This document shows, piece by piece, positions 26,505-39,084 of a DNA stretch of 64,000 nt (within the stretch, counting starts at the first letter, position 1; every line of letters begins with the position of its first letter). This DNA is from Mobula hypostoma (taxonomy: Eukaryota). Below the pieces are notes generated by a model that did no database searches, was not told where the DNA came from, and worked only from the letters and a program-made list of their open reading frames with translations. Location of the stretch: the NCBI RefSeq assembly GCF_963921235.1, contig NC_086118.1:21144001-21208000 (forward strand), written 5' to 3'. The translations under genes were made by a program, and so were the position numbers.

Positions 26505-26830
26505 ATAAGGAATATCTTCTATAGCCTGAAGTCATCCCAAAGCAATTCACAGCCAAAGGGGTAGTTATAAAGATTAGGCACAAAAATGTGATTGACAATC
26601 TGCACACAGCAAAGAACCATGTAGAATAATATATTACTGATCTTATGGTGGTGTGTACTGGCTATATATTGGACATGACTCACAGGACAACCTGCTGCCT
26701 CTTTTTCACAATAGTCCAACTGGATCTTTAACATCCAAATAGGAAAGCAACTGGCCCCTCAATTCATATGATCTGAAAGATGACACATTCAATCATGTGG
26801 CAATCTATCAGTATAACACTGGAGGGACTG
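26505..26830 (-). mobile_element. DeuSINE, decayed
   Basis: Reverse complement of the same Deu-domain and tail (cccaaagc..cacagcc..tgcacacagcaa..atattgg..ggatcttt). Confidence 0.6.
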
Positions 26831-27530
26831 CAGAAATTTATTTAATCACATAATTTATTCATGGCTGCTGGTCTAGATAAAGCAGATAAAGTACAGCACA
26901 GAACCGTGTCAAGTCATTTAAACTTCCTACTCCAATTTACCTGCACCAGGACCATAGCCCTCCATAGCCCCAACCATCCATGTCCCTGTCCAAAACGTCT
27001 CTTAAATGTTGAAATTGAGCTCACGTGCACCACTTGTGCTGACAGCTCATTCCACACTACCACTACCTTCTGAGTGAAGTTTCCCCTCATGTTCCCCTTC
27101 AACTTTTCACCTTTCATCCTTAACACATGAATTCCAGTTGTAGTCCCACCCAACCTCAGTGGAAAAAGCTTGCTTGCTTTTACCCTATCTATACCCCTCA
27201 TAATTTTGTATACCTTTATCAATCTCCTCTCAATCTTCTACGTTCCAAGGAATAAACTCCTAACCTGTTCACATAACTCAGTTCCTCCAGACCCAGCAAC
27301 ATCCTTGTAAATTTCCTCTGTGCTCTTTTAAACTTATTTACATCTTTCCAAAACTGCACACAATACTCTAAATTTGGCCTCACCGATGTCTTATACAACT
27401 TCAATATAACATCTCATCTTCTGTACTCAATACTTGATTTGTGAAGGCCAATGTGCCAAAAGCTTTCTTTATAACCCTATCAACCTATGACGCCGCTTTC
27501 AATGAATTATGGACCTGTATTCACAGATCC

Positions 27531-27687
27531 TAGGGGGCTGGCGTCGGGCACGATGACGGACTCTCCACTTCTCCCCCTCCCTCCTCAGTGCATTCAGTTA
27601 ATCTACATTAGCCGCGCCGCTGTCTTCTAGGCATCGTCCCCGACGCTGGCCCCCTAGGCCTGAGTCGACATAGTAGGAGTAGTAGTA
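27531..27687. mobile_element. RTE LINE 3' end with an inverted duplication
   Basis: 14-bp TSD gtattcacagatcc at 27517-27530 and 27688-27701, with an (agt)n tail. Same family as 47205-47396. Confidence 0.85.
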
Positions 27688-27724
27688 GTATTCACAGATC
27701 CCCTTTTCTACCACCAACACAGGT

Positions 27725-28445
27725 GGAGGTAGAATTACAATGACGCTCAATGGCGATTCCTTTGAGTTAATCCTTGGAAACAGCTTAATTTCTACCTCTT
27801 TTCCCTCTTCAGTGTGGATGGGGTTCTATTGAAAACACTTAGCTGGAGTTAGACTCAGACTTTGGCTCTTTGCCGTGGTAGGTCCCACTCCCCAGGGCAC
27901 ACAACCAGCTGCTTTTTGAAATCTCAAGGACATGGCCTAGGAGACAAGGGTGCCTTCGGGATTCCATGGTTTCGTGGCACTCTGGATGAGCTGAGTCTAT
28001 GCCAGTGCCGCTCACTAAAGTATCGTGGGAGAAAACGGAACATCAGGAGCAGCAGATCGGATATTGAGGGCTCTGTATTCGGCAAGTCATGCGCTCTCTC
28101 TCTCTCTCGCGTTGGTGGGGAAGAGTTTGTTGTCAATTCTCCGGTTATGGTATGTGGAATTGTCAGGTGAGTAATTAGGTTTTGTTGTATTGCACATCGT
28201 GGTTTTTCTTGGGGGCTTTGCCGTTGCTTGCTTGGTGGGTGGAGGTTGCTGATGTAAGTGGGGAGGGGGAGGGTCGTTGCTTTGCTGCTGCTTGTGTGTG
28301 GGAGAGGCGAGAGGGGGGCTTTGGGGTTCTAATGTTTTTACTGACACTCAGTCATTGGGGTATCATGGATATCTGCAAAGAACAAGAAGTTCAGGATGTA
28401 TACTGTATACATTTCTCTGATATTAGATGCAACTATTGCACTATA
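27725..28445 (+). mobile_element. Non-autonomous LINE-tailed retroposon of unknown family
   Basis: Interrupts the CR1 and ends in a Rex1-like tail (gtatactgtatacatttctctgata). Confidence 0.55.
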
Positions 28446-28855
28446 GAATCCTCAGTGCCATGCCATTCACTGTGTAAGACTTACCCTAGTTGGTCCTACT
28501 GAAGTGCAACACCTTGCATTTGTCCACATTAAACTCTATCTGCCATTTTTTAGCCCATTTTTCCAGCTGGTCCAGATCCCACTGCAAGCCATGATAGCCT
28601 TCCTTGCTGTCCACTACACCCGCAGTCTTGATGTCATCCACAAATTTGTTCATCCAGTTAACATTATCATTCAGTTCGTTGATATAAATGACAGACAACA
28701 ATGGACCCAGAACCGATCCCTGCGGCACGCTACCAGTCACAAGCCTCCGGTCAGGGAGGCAACCATCTGCTACCACTCCTCGGCTTCTCACACAAAGTCA
28801 ATGTCCAATCCAATTTACTACCTTATCTTGAATGCCAACCGACTGAACCTTCTTG

Positions 28856-29678
28856 GATTATCACCCTCCATACCTTCTTTAAAACCAACAATCTTAATAT
28901 TATTTCGCCTAATAAAACTTTCCAGCACCTCCACTTTTTCCAACGACCGATTTCTTTCCATTGTCAAGGCAAGAATATCATTTTCTGTCTTTTCCACTCT
29001 ATCCTTGGTATCCTCCATTGTTCCTTCCAACTTTTCAACTTTCTTATCTGTTTTCTCCTGTTTTTTCACAACTTTATCAAACATAGTCTTCATGTTTTTA
29101 ACATCTATTTTTATTACTTTTAATTCAAACATTATTTGCACTAAGGCCTCTCTTATGTCTCCACGATGTCCTTTACTTTTAATTTCTTCTTGTTCTTCTT
29201 CCTCCTTTTCTTCATCTGTATTCTCCGGGGAGTCTGATTCTGACTCCAGATTACTCTCACTTTCAGTGGCAGTTGGTTCCTGTAGTTCACCTTGTACCGA
29301 TTTGCGCAGGCCTACTTCTTTATGCATGCGCAATTCTCACCTCTTCTTCCCAGAGACCGCTGCCACCGCCATTGCCCCCTGTTCTTCAAAGCCAGAGATA
29401 AAATGTGTCTCCTCAGAAGGAGATCCAACCTGTGCCCGAGGTTCCATTGCAGTAGTCGGCCCTTTTTCCTTCCCATCTCGTCGTGTCGTCAAAACGGTAG
29501 TCTTCTTCTGTTTCTGTTTACAAGGCATATCCTAAAATAATCTTGAGTAGTTTATAAGTAGTTTTCAAAAACTATTTATTAACTTTTCTTTATTTAAACG
29601 ATACTTTGCTGATTTTTTACAGGAGAGCTGGATTTCCACGTCTCAATCCTACGTCATCATGTGATGTCCCCCCCCCCA
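28856..29678 (-). mobile_element. L1/Tx1 element: 5' UTR and ORF1 N-terminal half only (3' truncated)
   Basis: A coiled-coil region ends in LESFIRRNNIKIVG, the L1 ORF1p RRM entry. G-run at the 5' end. 14-bp TSD actgaaccttcttg at 28842-28855 and 29679-29692. Confidence 0.88.
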
Positions 29679-30466
29679 ACTGAACCTTCTTGACCAACCT
29701 TCCATATGGGACCATGTCAAAAGCCTTGCTAAAGTCCATGCAGACAACATCCACTGCTCTCCCTTCATCAGATTTCCTGGTAATTTCCTCAAAAAACTCT
29801 GTAAGATTCATTAGACACAACCTGCCATGCATGAAGCTATGCTGACTATCCTTAATCAGTCCATGTTCATCCAAATACTCTTACTGATGTCAGGCTCACT
29901 GGCCTATAATTTCCTGGTCAATTTTAGAGCCTTTCTGAAACAGTGGTATAACATTAGCTATACGCCAATCTTCCAGCGCCTCACCTGTCACTAAGGATGA
30001 TATAAATATCTCTGCTAGGACCCTAGCAATCTCTTCACTTGCCTCCCGTAGGATCCAAGAGAACACCTTGTCAGGCCCTGGGGATTTATCTACCATGATT
30101 TACTTCAAGACAGCAAACACAGATCATGGACTATTTCCTAAATGAAAATAAAGCAGATTTACAAATATTGAAGTGCTCTAAAAACAATTTTGAAGAGGGG
30201 GCCGAGTGTAGTTTATCTACAGTGGAACCTGTTGGCTTTCTAGCTGGTTTGGGAAGATATTATGCTATAAAGTGGATTTGTTTGGTGTCCAGTGGCAGAA
30301 GTGTGTGGGCAGAAGAGATGTGACAGATGGAGGCAGGTAAATGTGTTATTAAACCTAATGGGTTTGGCAAATACACTCATCAAAGTTTTTGTCAATGAAG
30401 TTGCACCATCATGTATATTTGAATAATGTGTATTCAAATCTGAAGTACAAGTAATTATGGAACCAC

Positions 30467-30700
30467 TAACACAAGAGATTGCGCAGATGCTGGAAAGCTT
30501 GAGCAGCAGACACAAAATGCTGGAGGAACTCAGCAAGTCAGGCAGCATCTATAGAGATGAGTAAACAGTCGACAATTCTGGTTGAGACCCTTAGTCAGGA
30601 CACATGGTGAAAGGTCTTGGCCTGAAATGTCGACCATTCACTCCGTTCATAGATACTGCCTGACTTGCGGAGTTCCTCCATTATCTTGTGTGTGTTGCTT
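30467..30700. mobile_element. Older PLE pLTR fold-back insertion
   Basis: Two inverted pLTR arms meet at about 30600; both hammerhead cores are damaged. Confidence 0.8.
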
Positions 30701-31649
30701 ACAATGGAAATAACATGTGCCAGGGCCAGCATTTAAACCAACTTGCCTTTCTTACTTTTAGCACTGGAAGATGCATAAAGTGGAAGCCAACATGGCAAGA
30801 GAAATCAGGCAATGTGCAAAACTTGTGCAAGAATTTCATCAAATAGATGTACCATGGTTGTATATTCAAATCCTCAGCGTCAATATACCAAATCTTAGGA
30901 GGTGCAGGCAAAAATAATGGAATTAGCATTCCAAATTGAAGCTGAAATCCTCCCCAGAGGTCTCTTTGCTGTTTTCTTCTGCAGAGGGAAGTAAGTGTTA
31001 ATTTGAAGATAACTGTTCTAAAGTCTGTGTCTGTACTCATGTAGGGAAGTCCCGTTTCTGTGGAAAGCAGGGTGAAACTGCACACAGACAATGAAGGTAG
31101 AGAAATGGGGCAAAGGTTGTGCTGATAGGCATTAAATCTCATTGGAGTACAGTCACTAAGGAAACAGACTGCTTTTATTTTTCAGTTACAAAAGCAATAT
31201 TGTTAAGTAGCTGAACTCTGAGTTGGTCCTGGGAGCTCACACAGAAGCTTACTTTATAACAACAGCTCACCGGGGCTTTCTGACATTAATAAACCTCCCG
31301 TTGTGCTCGTATAACTTGGCAACCACATACAGCAGAGGCATAATCATTCCACGTGGGGTATGTGCCCACAAAATGGTAAAACTACAGCCGTGGTTAAATT
31401 CAAAACAGGACTCCAGAATTTGAATCATAATGTACCTAATTTATTGGGTCCACCCTAAGACATAAAATATCTATTACACACTATTGATGTGAAATTAGTG
31501 AAAGTGCTTTGCTGTAATTGGGCATATAAAAATTTAAAATTTTTAAAATAGGGATGAAGGGCTGAACTTATTTATAGTGCGGATCAACTGTGGATTTGAA
31601 TACACATTTATGCCTTGATGGAACTTGGAACAAATTTTGAGGAGCGCAT

Positions 31650-33300
31650 CAGAATCAGAATCAGGTTTAATATCACCAACATATGTTGTGAAATGTGTTG
31701 TTTTGTAGCAGCAGTACATTGCAACACATAATAATAAAAGAACTACAAATTACAAAAGGAAATATATGTTAAAACTAAATTAAGTAAGTAGTGCAAAAAG
31801 AGAGGGAAAAATATTGAGGTAGTGTTCATAGATTCATTGTCCATTCAGAAATCTGATGACTGAGGGGAAGAAGCTGTTCCTGAAACATTGACTGTGTGTC
31901 TTCAGGCTCCTGTACCTCCCCCTTGATAGTAGCAACGAGAACCACGTATCTCCTGGGTGATGGGAGCCCGTAATGATGGATGACAGCCATTCATGATGTT
32001 AGGCTCTGCTTTGTAGGAAGTAATGGCCTGCAACCCCTGCCAGAGCCGACATGCATGCAGTTCCATCTCTAACCTCAATCAGGATTATTTAATTGCTCTT
32101 AAAATAGCCTCCTGTAAGTCATACCTGGACTTCATGTATAGTTCTGAATCACTGGTCTTGAATACCACAGATCTAGCCCTCAGCAGACTATGAATATCCT
32201 GGTTCATTCAGGGCTTTTGGTTTGGGTATGTTAAATTCAAAATAGGATCCCAGAATTTGAATCTTAAAGTACCTAATTTATTGGTTCTTGAAGGCACACA
32301 CTCATCCACATAGGCCTTGATGAAGTCGGTGACAACTGTGCTGTATTCATTTAGATTCAAAAATGACTGCCTGAATATTGTCCAGTCCACTGACTCACAG
32401 CAGTGCTGTAGGTGCCCCTTCACCTCCCATGAGCCTCCAGTCTTGGTCCTTACTACTGGTGCTGCAGTCTTTAGTCTCTGTCAATATATTAGGAGTAGAA
32501 GTACAGCCCGATGATTTGACTTTCCAAAGTGTAGGCGTGGGATGGCACGGAAGCGTTCTTGATGGTGGTATAACAATGATCAAGTGTGCTGGCCTCTCTG
32601 GTTCCGCAGGTGATATGTTGGTGGCAGCTGTTCAGAGACTTGTTCAAGCTGGCCTGGTTGAAATCCCCCGCAATGACAGGGAAGGAATCAGGAAACTCTG
32701 TTTCATGTCTGTTGATTACGGTGCTCCAGTGCCTGCCTGTCAATGGCCTGTAGTCAAATGTACACTGCAACCAGCATGACGGCAGAAAATCCCTCGGTAG
32801 ATACAACAGACAACATTTGAACAGGTTGGGTGAGCAGGACTGAGACAGAACTCTCTCATCTGTAAACCATGATGAGTTAAGCATACTCCATCTTCTCTAG
32901 CTTTAAAAGATTGAGCTGTCCTGTCTTGGTGGAGAATGATGAAGCCATCAGAGTGCTGCATTTGAAATGGTTGGGGATAGCCATGTTTCCATGAAACAAA
33001 GTATAAAGCAGTCTCTGATGTCCCTCTGGTACATCAATCTTGCTCTGAGATCTTCAATTTTATGTTCCAGAGAATGCATTCAACTTCAGGATAGTCATGA
33101 GTTGATATGGAGGGGCAGGGTTTAAGGCCTGGCATTTCAATCGTATCACCAAACCAGCATGCTTCTGTTTTCTTAAAGCGGAACTGCACTCGAAATCTGA
33201 GTCTGCAGTCCGGGATTCAATGGTTTAGAGCATCAATAGATTTTTCAAAAATGTCTTAAAATGATGCTACTTACTGAAATACCCATGGCTATAACTGGAT
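31650..33300 (-). mobile_element. Decayed Rex1/Babar LINE (EN region plus 3' tail, internally deleted)
   Basis: IAGDFNQASL..TLDHCYT and ESVDWTIF motifs, with an (atcaga)n tail at 31650. Confidence 0.8.
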
Positions 33301-33700
33301 ATAACATATCTACCTGCCTCCAGCCTCTGCTCACACCCTCTTGCAGTTGGTCACCTGACAGATCCACCTTATAACATATCATCTTCCCAGAACAACAGAT
33401 TCCTAATTGGCCAGACTAATTAAACAATTGACATACCAGATAAAAAACAATCAGACATAACTTGGTTATGTAAACTAGTTCCGATTTTTCCTGAGTGTAT
33501 TGAACATGTGCTGATTCCAACTTGATGACTAAAGGATGTAACCAGCAGATAAGGGTGAACCAGGTTGCAAGTGTATTTGAAAGCCTTCAATAAGATGCCA
33601 CATTAGAGATTATTAAACAAAGTTTAAGAAATAAAAGGTATTGCAGGTATTGTTTCAGTGTAAATGGATAGTGTACAGCAAACAAACAGGTCATTTTCAT

Positions 33701-33872
33701 AACACGCTGGAGGAACTCAGCAGGTCGGGCAGCATCCGTGGAAAAGATCGGTCGATGTTCCGTCCTGAAACATCGACTGATCTTTTCCACGGATGCTGCC
33801 CAACCTGCTGAGTTCCTCCAGCGTGTTGTGAGTATCGCGTTGACCCCAGCATCTGCAGACTATTTTGTGTTT
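33701..33872. mobile_element. PLE pLTR fold-back insertion
   Basis: About 60-bp near-perfect inverted arms; 13-bp TSD aggtcattttcat at 33688-33700 and 33873-33885. Confidence 0.88.
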
Positions 33873-36082
33873 AGGTCATTTTCATGTTTAGAGGATGCCA
33901 CAAGGGGGTTGCTAGAGTCCCAGTTCAGAATCAAGAGGAATGATTTGGATAACAGGATAATTTGCAATGTATCCAACAAACAATCTGTTGAATTGTTTTA
34001 CATGTCCCCACTGATGTTGCTCGACCCTGTGACTTCCCCCAGTAGTTTGGTTGTTGCTACAGATTCCAGCATCTGCAGTCTCAGCAACTGGATCTTTGAC
34101 TTCATGACCAACCGACTGTAATCAGTCAGGATAGGCAGCAATGATTATTCTAAACACTGGTGCTCCACAAGATTGCATCCTCAGCCCCTTCCTCTGCTCC
34201 CTGTACGCCTATGACAGTGTGGCCAGATTCTGCTCCAACTTTTATCACTCTTTTTATCAGTCCCAATGAAAGGTTCTAGACCTGAAACTTTGACAGATGC
34301 CGCTTGACCTTTGAGTTATGTTTTTATTTCAGGTTTTCAGCATCTGCAGTTTTGCTTTTTGATTTTTATCCACTTCTACTTCTTACATTCTCATTTCCAT
34401 GAGAAAAGGTCTCATATCCATAAAGTCTCCATACTACTCCTAAAACCCTCCTTTCACACTCCAGTAAGAACGTCCTTTACAATTGATTCGTTATAGGGAG
34501 GAATTAATAAATCTGTAGTAGGCGCGGTAGTAGGACTTCAAGCACATCTTAAAATTTTAAGAAACTTGTCACCAGCAAAAAGTCATGCATCAATCTCAAG
34601 GACAGGAGGAGAAGGTGATTTATTTCCAAGGCATAAATACTTCAAAGCAGTTATTGCTTTCTGACCCTGTTTGTTTTCCCTTTGGCCACTATCTGGGAGG
34701 CTGATGTTAGTTATTAAACCACAGTTGCATTGCAAATTTCAAAACATTCTTGTTCTGCTACCCCAGGCAGAAAATAAATCAAATTGCTCCACGGCCTCAT
34801 TTGAGTAAACCATTACAAATGCAAAATAAAAAAAGGGAATTAATAACTATGTTCAAACTTGTCCCTGAAATCTAAAATAAAACCAGATTTTTTTTCAAGT
34901 TCCCTTTTAGACATTAAAATCTGTTAAACACAATTGTGTTTTCAGAAGAAAGTAACAATTCAAAAAGGGAACTATCAGCCAACTAATTTTTGCTTTCAAA
35001 ATCACATAAGGTAATGTCATATTACTATGTTCATGAGATGATAATGAAGTACATTTTTTCAACTGACAGGATAAAGAGGGATCTATTTGCATGGAAGTGA
35101 CGATGAGGAGAATGGATAGTGCTCTCACTGGTGAAGTGAAATGCCATTGAAGAATCTTTGGCAGAAATTGAGAAAACAAGTTCAGTTTGAGTTATCGAGA
35201 ACATGGGAGGAATGTATAGGAGGGGGTTACCCAAGTTATCCTTCAGTTTACATAGTCACCTGGTTGGTAGCTGTATGAAGGAAGTCTGAGAGAAGAAACA
35301 AAGGGGCATGTTAAACCAGGTAAGAGTTATCGCAGAAACCTGGAACCAAAAGCAGAATGCTGGTCATGTGTGACAGATCAAGCAAAGTTTATGGAGGGTT
35401 ATCATCAGAAGTGGTTAACTCACAGCAGAAGTTGCCAATTCTAATGTAAACACAAGAAGCAAGTTACTGGAAACCATTGATTTCAATATTGGGTTCAGAA
35501 GGTTACAGAATACCCATATGAAAGATGAGGTGTTGCTCCTCAAGCTGGCTAAAGGCCTCACTGGAATAGTGCAAGATGCCAGAGGCAGATGTTCAGTGTG
35601 GGTGAAGAAAGGAGAGTTAGAGGGGAGATACTCCACAAACACTCAGTCCAAGACTGATCTCTTCAGTGGAGTGGAGACCACATTGTAATTACTGGATGCA
35701 AACCACTTGAATGCTTCATTTGACAGAACTGTTTGAGTCCATGGATCGTGGGAACATGTGTTGCAACTCCAGTGGCTGCATTAGGAATGTACTCTGAGGA
35801 TGTGGAGATGGAACAAAGGAGCTGCTAAGCTGCCCTGCCCAGTACCGATGAAGGGTCTTGGCCCGAAATGTCGACTTTCCATAGATGCTGCCTGATCTCC
35901 AGCATTTGTGTATGCTACAAATGGCCCTTTTGAACAGTTGAAAGGAAGGGGTAGAGATAGGTTTGATGGTGTATTCTTTTTGATAGTGACACATCGTGCA
36001 AAGGGTGATCTGTTTAATGTGAAAGAAGCAAAGATAGTGATGAGAAAAAAAGACCAGAATTTAAAAACAGAAAACAGGGAAA

Positions 36083-36547
36083 TCAAGCAACATACATCAA
36101 AGTTGCTGGTGAACGCAGCAGGCCAGGCAGCATCTATAGGAAGAGGCGCAGTCGACGTTTCAGGCCGAGACCCTTCGTCAGGACTAACTGAAGGAAGAGT
36201 GAGTAAGGGATTTGAAAGCTGGAGGGGGAGGGGGAGATGCAAAATGATAGGAGAAGACAGGAGGGGGAGGGATAGAGCCGAGAGCTGGACAGGTGATAGG
36301 CAAAAGGGGATACGAGAGGATCATGGGACAGGAGGTCCGGGAAGAAAGACCGGGGGGGGGGTGACCCAGAGGATGGGCAAGAGGTATATTCAGAGGGACA
36401 GAGGGAGAAAAAGGAGAGTGAGAGAAAGAATGTGTGCATTAAAAAGAGTAACAGATGGGGTACGAGGGGGAGGTGGGGCCTAGCGGAAGTTAGAGAAGTC
36501 AATGTTCGTGCCATCAGGTTGGAGGCTACCCAGACGGAATATAAGGT
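36083..36547 (-). mobile_element. Young PLE 3' fragment (pLTR)
   Basis: Highly similar to 18842-19315 and 53302-53844; ends in the GIY-YIG C-terminal LIFRLGSLQPDG. Confidence 0.88.
36149..36186 (-). ncRNA. Minimal type I hammerhead ribozyme (PLE-associated), core intact
   Basis: Minus strand UAGUC-CUGACGA-A-GGGUCUCGGCCU-GAAA-C-GUC^GACUG: stem I UAGUC/GACUG, stem II, and a vestigial stem III. Confidence 0.8.
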
Positions 36548-36559
36548 CACTGTACAAAG

Positions 36560-39030
36560 AAAATGTAAAATAGTTAAATGTAACATAAAGACAAGCCTTA
36601 TAGCTTTGAATCTTAATGTACAAAACACTCATAGGCGAACTATTAGCATAAAGAAAGGTGTGCAAATGGGGTATGATACTGTAGCCATTATGGAAACATG
36701 ATTGCTAGGGATTCAAAAAATAGGAACTTATTACTTAGGGATATTTGACTTTTAAGAGGGAAGGACAGGAACAATAAGGTGTTGGAGAAGAACTGTTAAG
36801 AGATGCATTAAGTACAATTGTGAAAAAATTATGTAAAGTCATATAAAGTCTTACGCTCTGGAGAAATGCCAGAGAATTGGAAAATTCTTTTGCGATTAAA
36901 TATATTTTAAAAGGAAGGGAGGCAAAAAGAAACAGGTAACTATAAGCTACTTAGCCAAACAGAGTTGGAAAAAGTAACAGCAGAACATTTGGAAAATCAA
37001 AACAAAATCAAGCAAGGTCAGCACAGTTCCGTGAGGGAAACTGTCTGACAAATTTATTAGAGTTTTTCTCAGGAAGTCTTGACTGGAGAGGATAGTGGGG
37101 AACCAGCCTTATAAATCTTTTGACAAAGTGTCTGACAGAGGGTTAGCTCACAAGATATCAACTCATGGTATAGTAGTAGATGCTGGCATAGGAACAGAGA
37201 GCAGGGATAAGGGGATCATTTACAGCAGGGAGACCTATAACCAACTGGGTACCAAAGACTGTCACCAAAACTGCTTGCAATATGAAGATTCAAGTTTGAG
37301 TTTATTGCCATTTTTCAATACATGACTGTAAAGGAGAATGAAATAATTGTTTTCCAGATCTGATGCAGTATTAAAAATAACATTGTATGGATAAAAAAAC
37401 ACAATAAATGTAAATATAAGTATATAAAACACAATGTACAAGTAACTGTAAAGGGGGGATGAAGGTACTGAGAGACTGTGGACAGGAGTGGTTGATGTAG
37501 ATGTTGTAGTGTTGGGGTTGGTGGGTGAGTCAATGGGTGGAATTGTTGATCAGCCTGACAGCTTGCGGGTGTAATAGTTTTTGAGTCTAGTGGTCCTGGC
37601 CTTGGATGCTGCGTAGCCTCGTCCCTGATGGGAGTTGGAGAAGCAGTCCTTCATAATATCTCTGGCCTTCCAGCACCCTTCTGCATATATGTCATTATGG
37701 TGGGTTTGCTGGTGCATTAACCACCCATCGTAGAGCCCTTTTGTCCACCACAGTACAGGTTTTGTGCCACACAGTGATGCAGCATGCTAGGATGCTCTGA
37801 ACTGCGCATCTGTGGAAGATCATGAGTACTGATGTGCACAGTCCAGCTCTCTTCAGCCACCTCAGAAAGTAGAGGCTTTCTTGACTGTGGAGGATGTGTT
37901 CTGGGACCATGAAAGGTTGTATGAGATGTGCATTCCCCAGAGTTTGAAACTGCTCTCAGTTTCCACTGCTGTGCCGTCGACGTGAAAACGGGTGCGGTTA
38001 ACGACTGCCAGGAAGGAAGTAAATCCAGAGTAGACAAATATGTAGACAGCTCAGAAACTGCGAAGGCCAATTGTGAGGAGGATGTGAACAGCTTACAGCA
38101 GGATATTGATAAGTGAGTTGGAAAAATTGCAAAAATGTGAAATGGAAGACAAAAGAACAGAGTATTATTTAAACACAGCAAATAAGCAGGTAGGCAAGGA
38201 TGTGGTGCGGGGATGGAGGTTCCTTGTGCATGTAAGATTGAAAGTGAGTACACAAGTGCGGCAAGAGATAGGGAAAACTAACTAAAGTGTACAACATACT
38301 GCATTCATCAGCATACACCTAGAGCCCTGCGAGTAACTTTGGTCCACCAAGGTTAGCACAGCACTGTACAGATCCGGTGAGCAAGGTTCAGTTACTGACA
38401 CTGCCTGTAAGGAGTTTCTACATTCTCCCCGTCACTGCGTGGGTTTCCTCCGGGTGCTCTGGTTTCCTCCCACAGTCCAAAGATATACTGGTTGGGAGGT
38501 TAACTGGTCATTGTAAATTGTCTCGTGATTAGGCGAGGATTAAATTGGGGGATTGTTCGGTGATGTGGCTCGAAGGGCTGGAAGGGGCTATTACGTGCTA
38601 TACCTCAATAAGTAAATATTATTTTATTTCAAGCAGTTCAGAGAAGCTTCACAAATCAGGAATGATCAAATAGGTCACAATTTATATGACCTATTTGTCA
38701 TATAAACTGTCAATGTGGTGTATATGAGAAAATGACAGCAATAATGTTGAGATATTTCCTATTACGGGAGGAACCAGAGGACATGGGTTTTAATAAGGGG
38801 TGGGTGCATTCATACTGAGATGTCAATGAATTTCTTCATTCGGAGTTGTGAGTTGTTGGAGCTCCTTGCCACTGCAAATGGTAGGGCTGCAGAACTTTGG
38901 CTTACTTAAGACAGAGTTTGAATAGGTTTATAATCAGTAGGAGTTAAGGGGAGATCAACCATGATTCTGCTGAATGTTGGAATAGGTGTGAGGGGCTGAA
39001 TGGCCTCCTCCTATTCCCATTTCTTAACTC
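36560..39030 (+). mobile_element. Very decayed CR1 with a nested Rex1 piece (about 37285-37990, minus) and a V-SINE (about 38340-38620, plus)
   Basis: CR1 remnants SFDKV and CEEDVNSLQQDIDK; Rex1 motif LYFLRWLKRAGL; V-domain gggtttcctccgggtgctctggtttcctcccacagtccaaag. Confidence 0.7.
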
Positions 39031-39084
39031 TTATAATCAGGTGCAAGGTTGATGCACAGAAAGTGAAAAAATTTTTAAATCCCT

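Larger units (their letters stand above)
26885..30120 (-). mobile_element. CR1 LINE hosting three nested insertions
   Basis: DKSPGPD, MDFSKAFDMVP, VPQGSVLGPLL..FVDD and RPNLEYCVQFW appear in order across the insertions. Confidence 0.9.

Noticed and set aside
28504..29535. 343-aa plus-strand ORF and other long ORFs such as 7176-7934 and 44131-44766
   Set aside because: They are antisense shadows of TE coding sequence.
30985..30990. Plus-strand 6-nt microexon candidate (ttttcttctgcAG|AGGGAA|GTaagt, Arg-Glu, like the APBB microexon)
   Set aside because: It is antisense to the host gene and I found no plus-strand flanking exons; likely chance.
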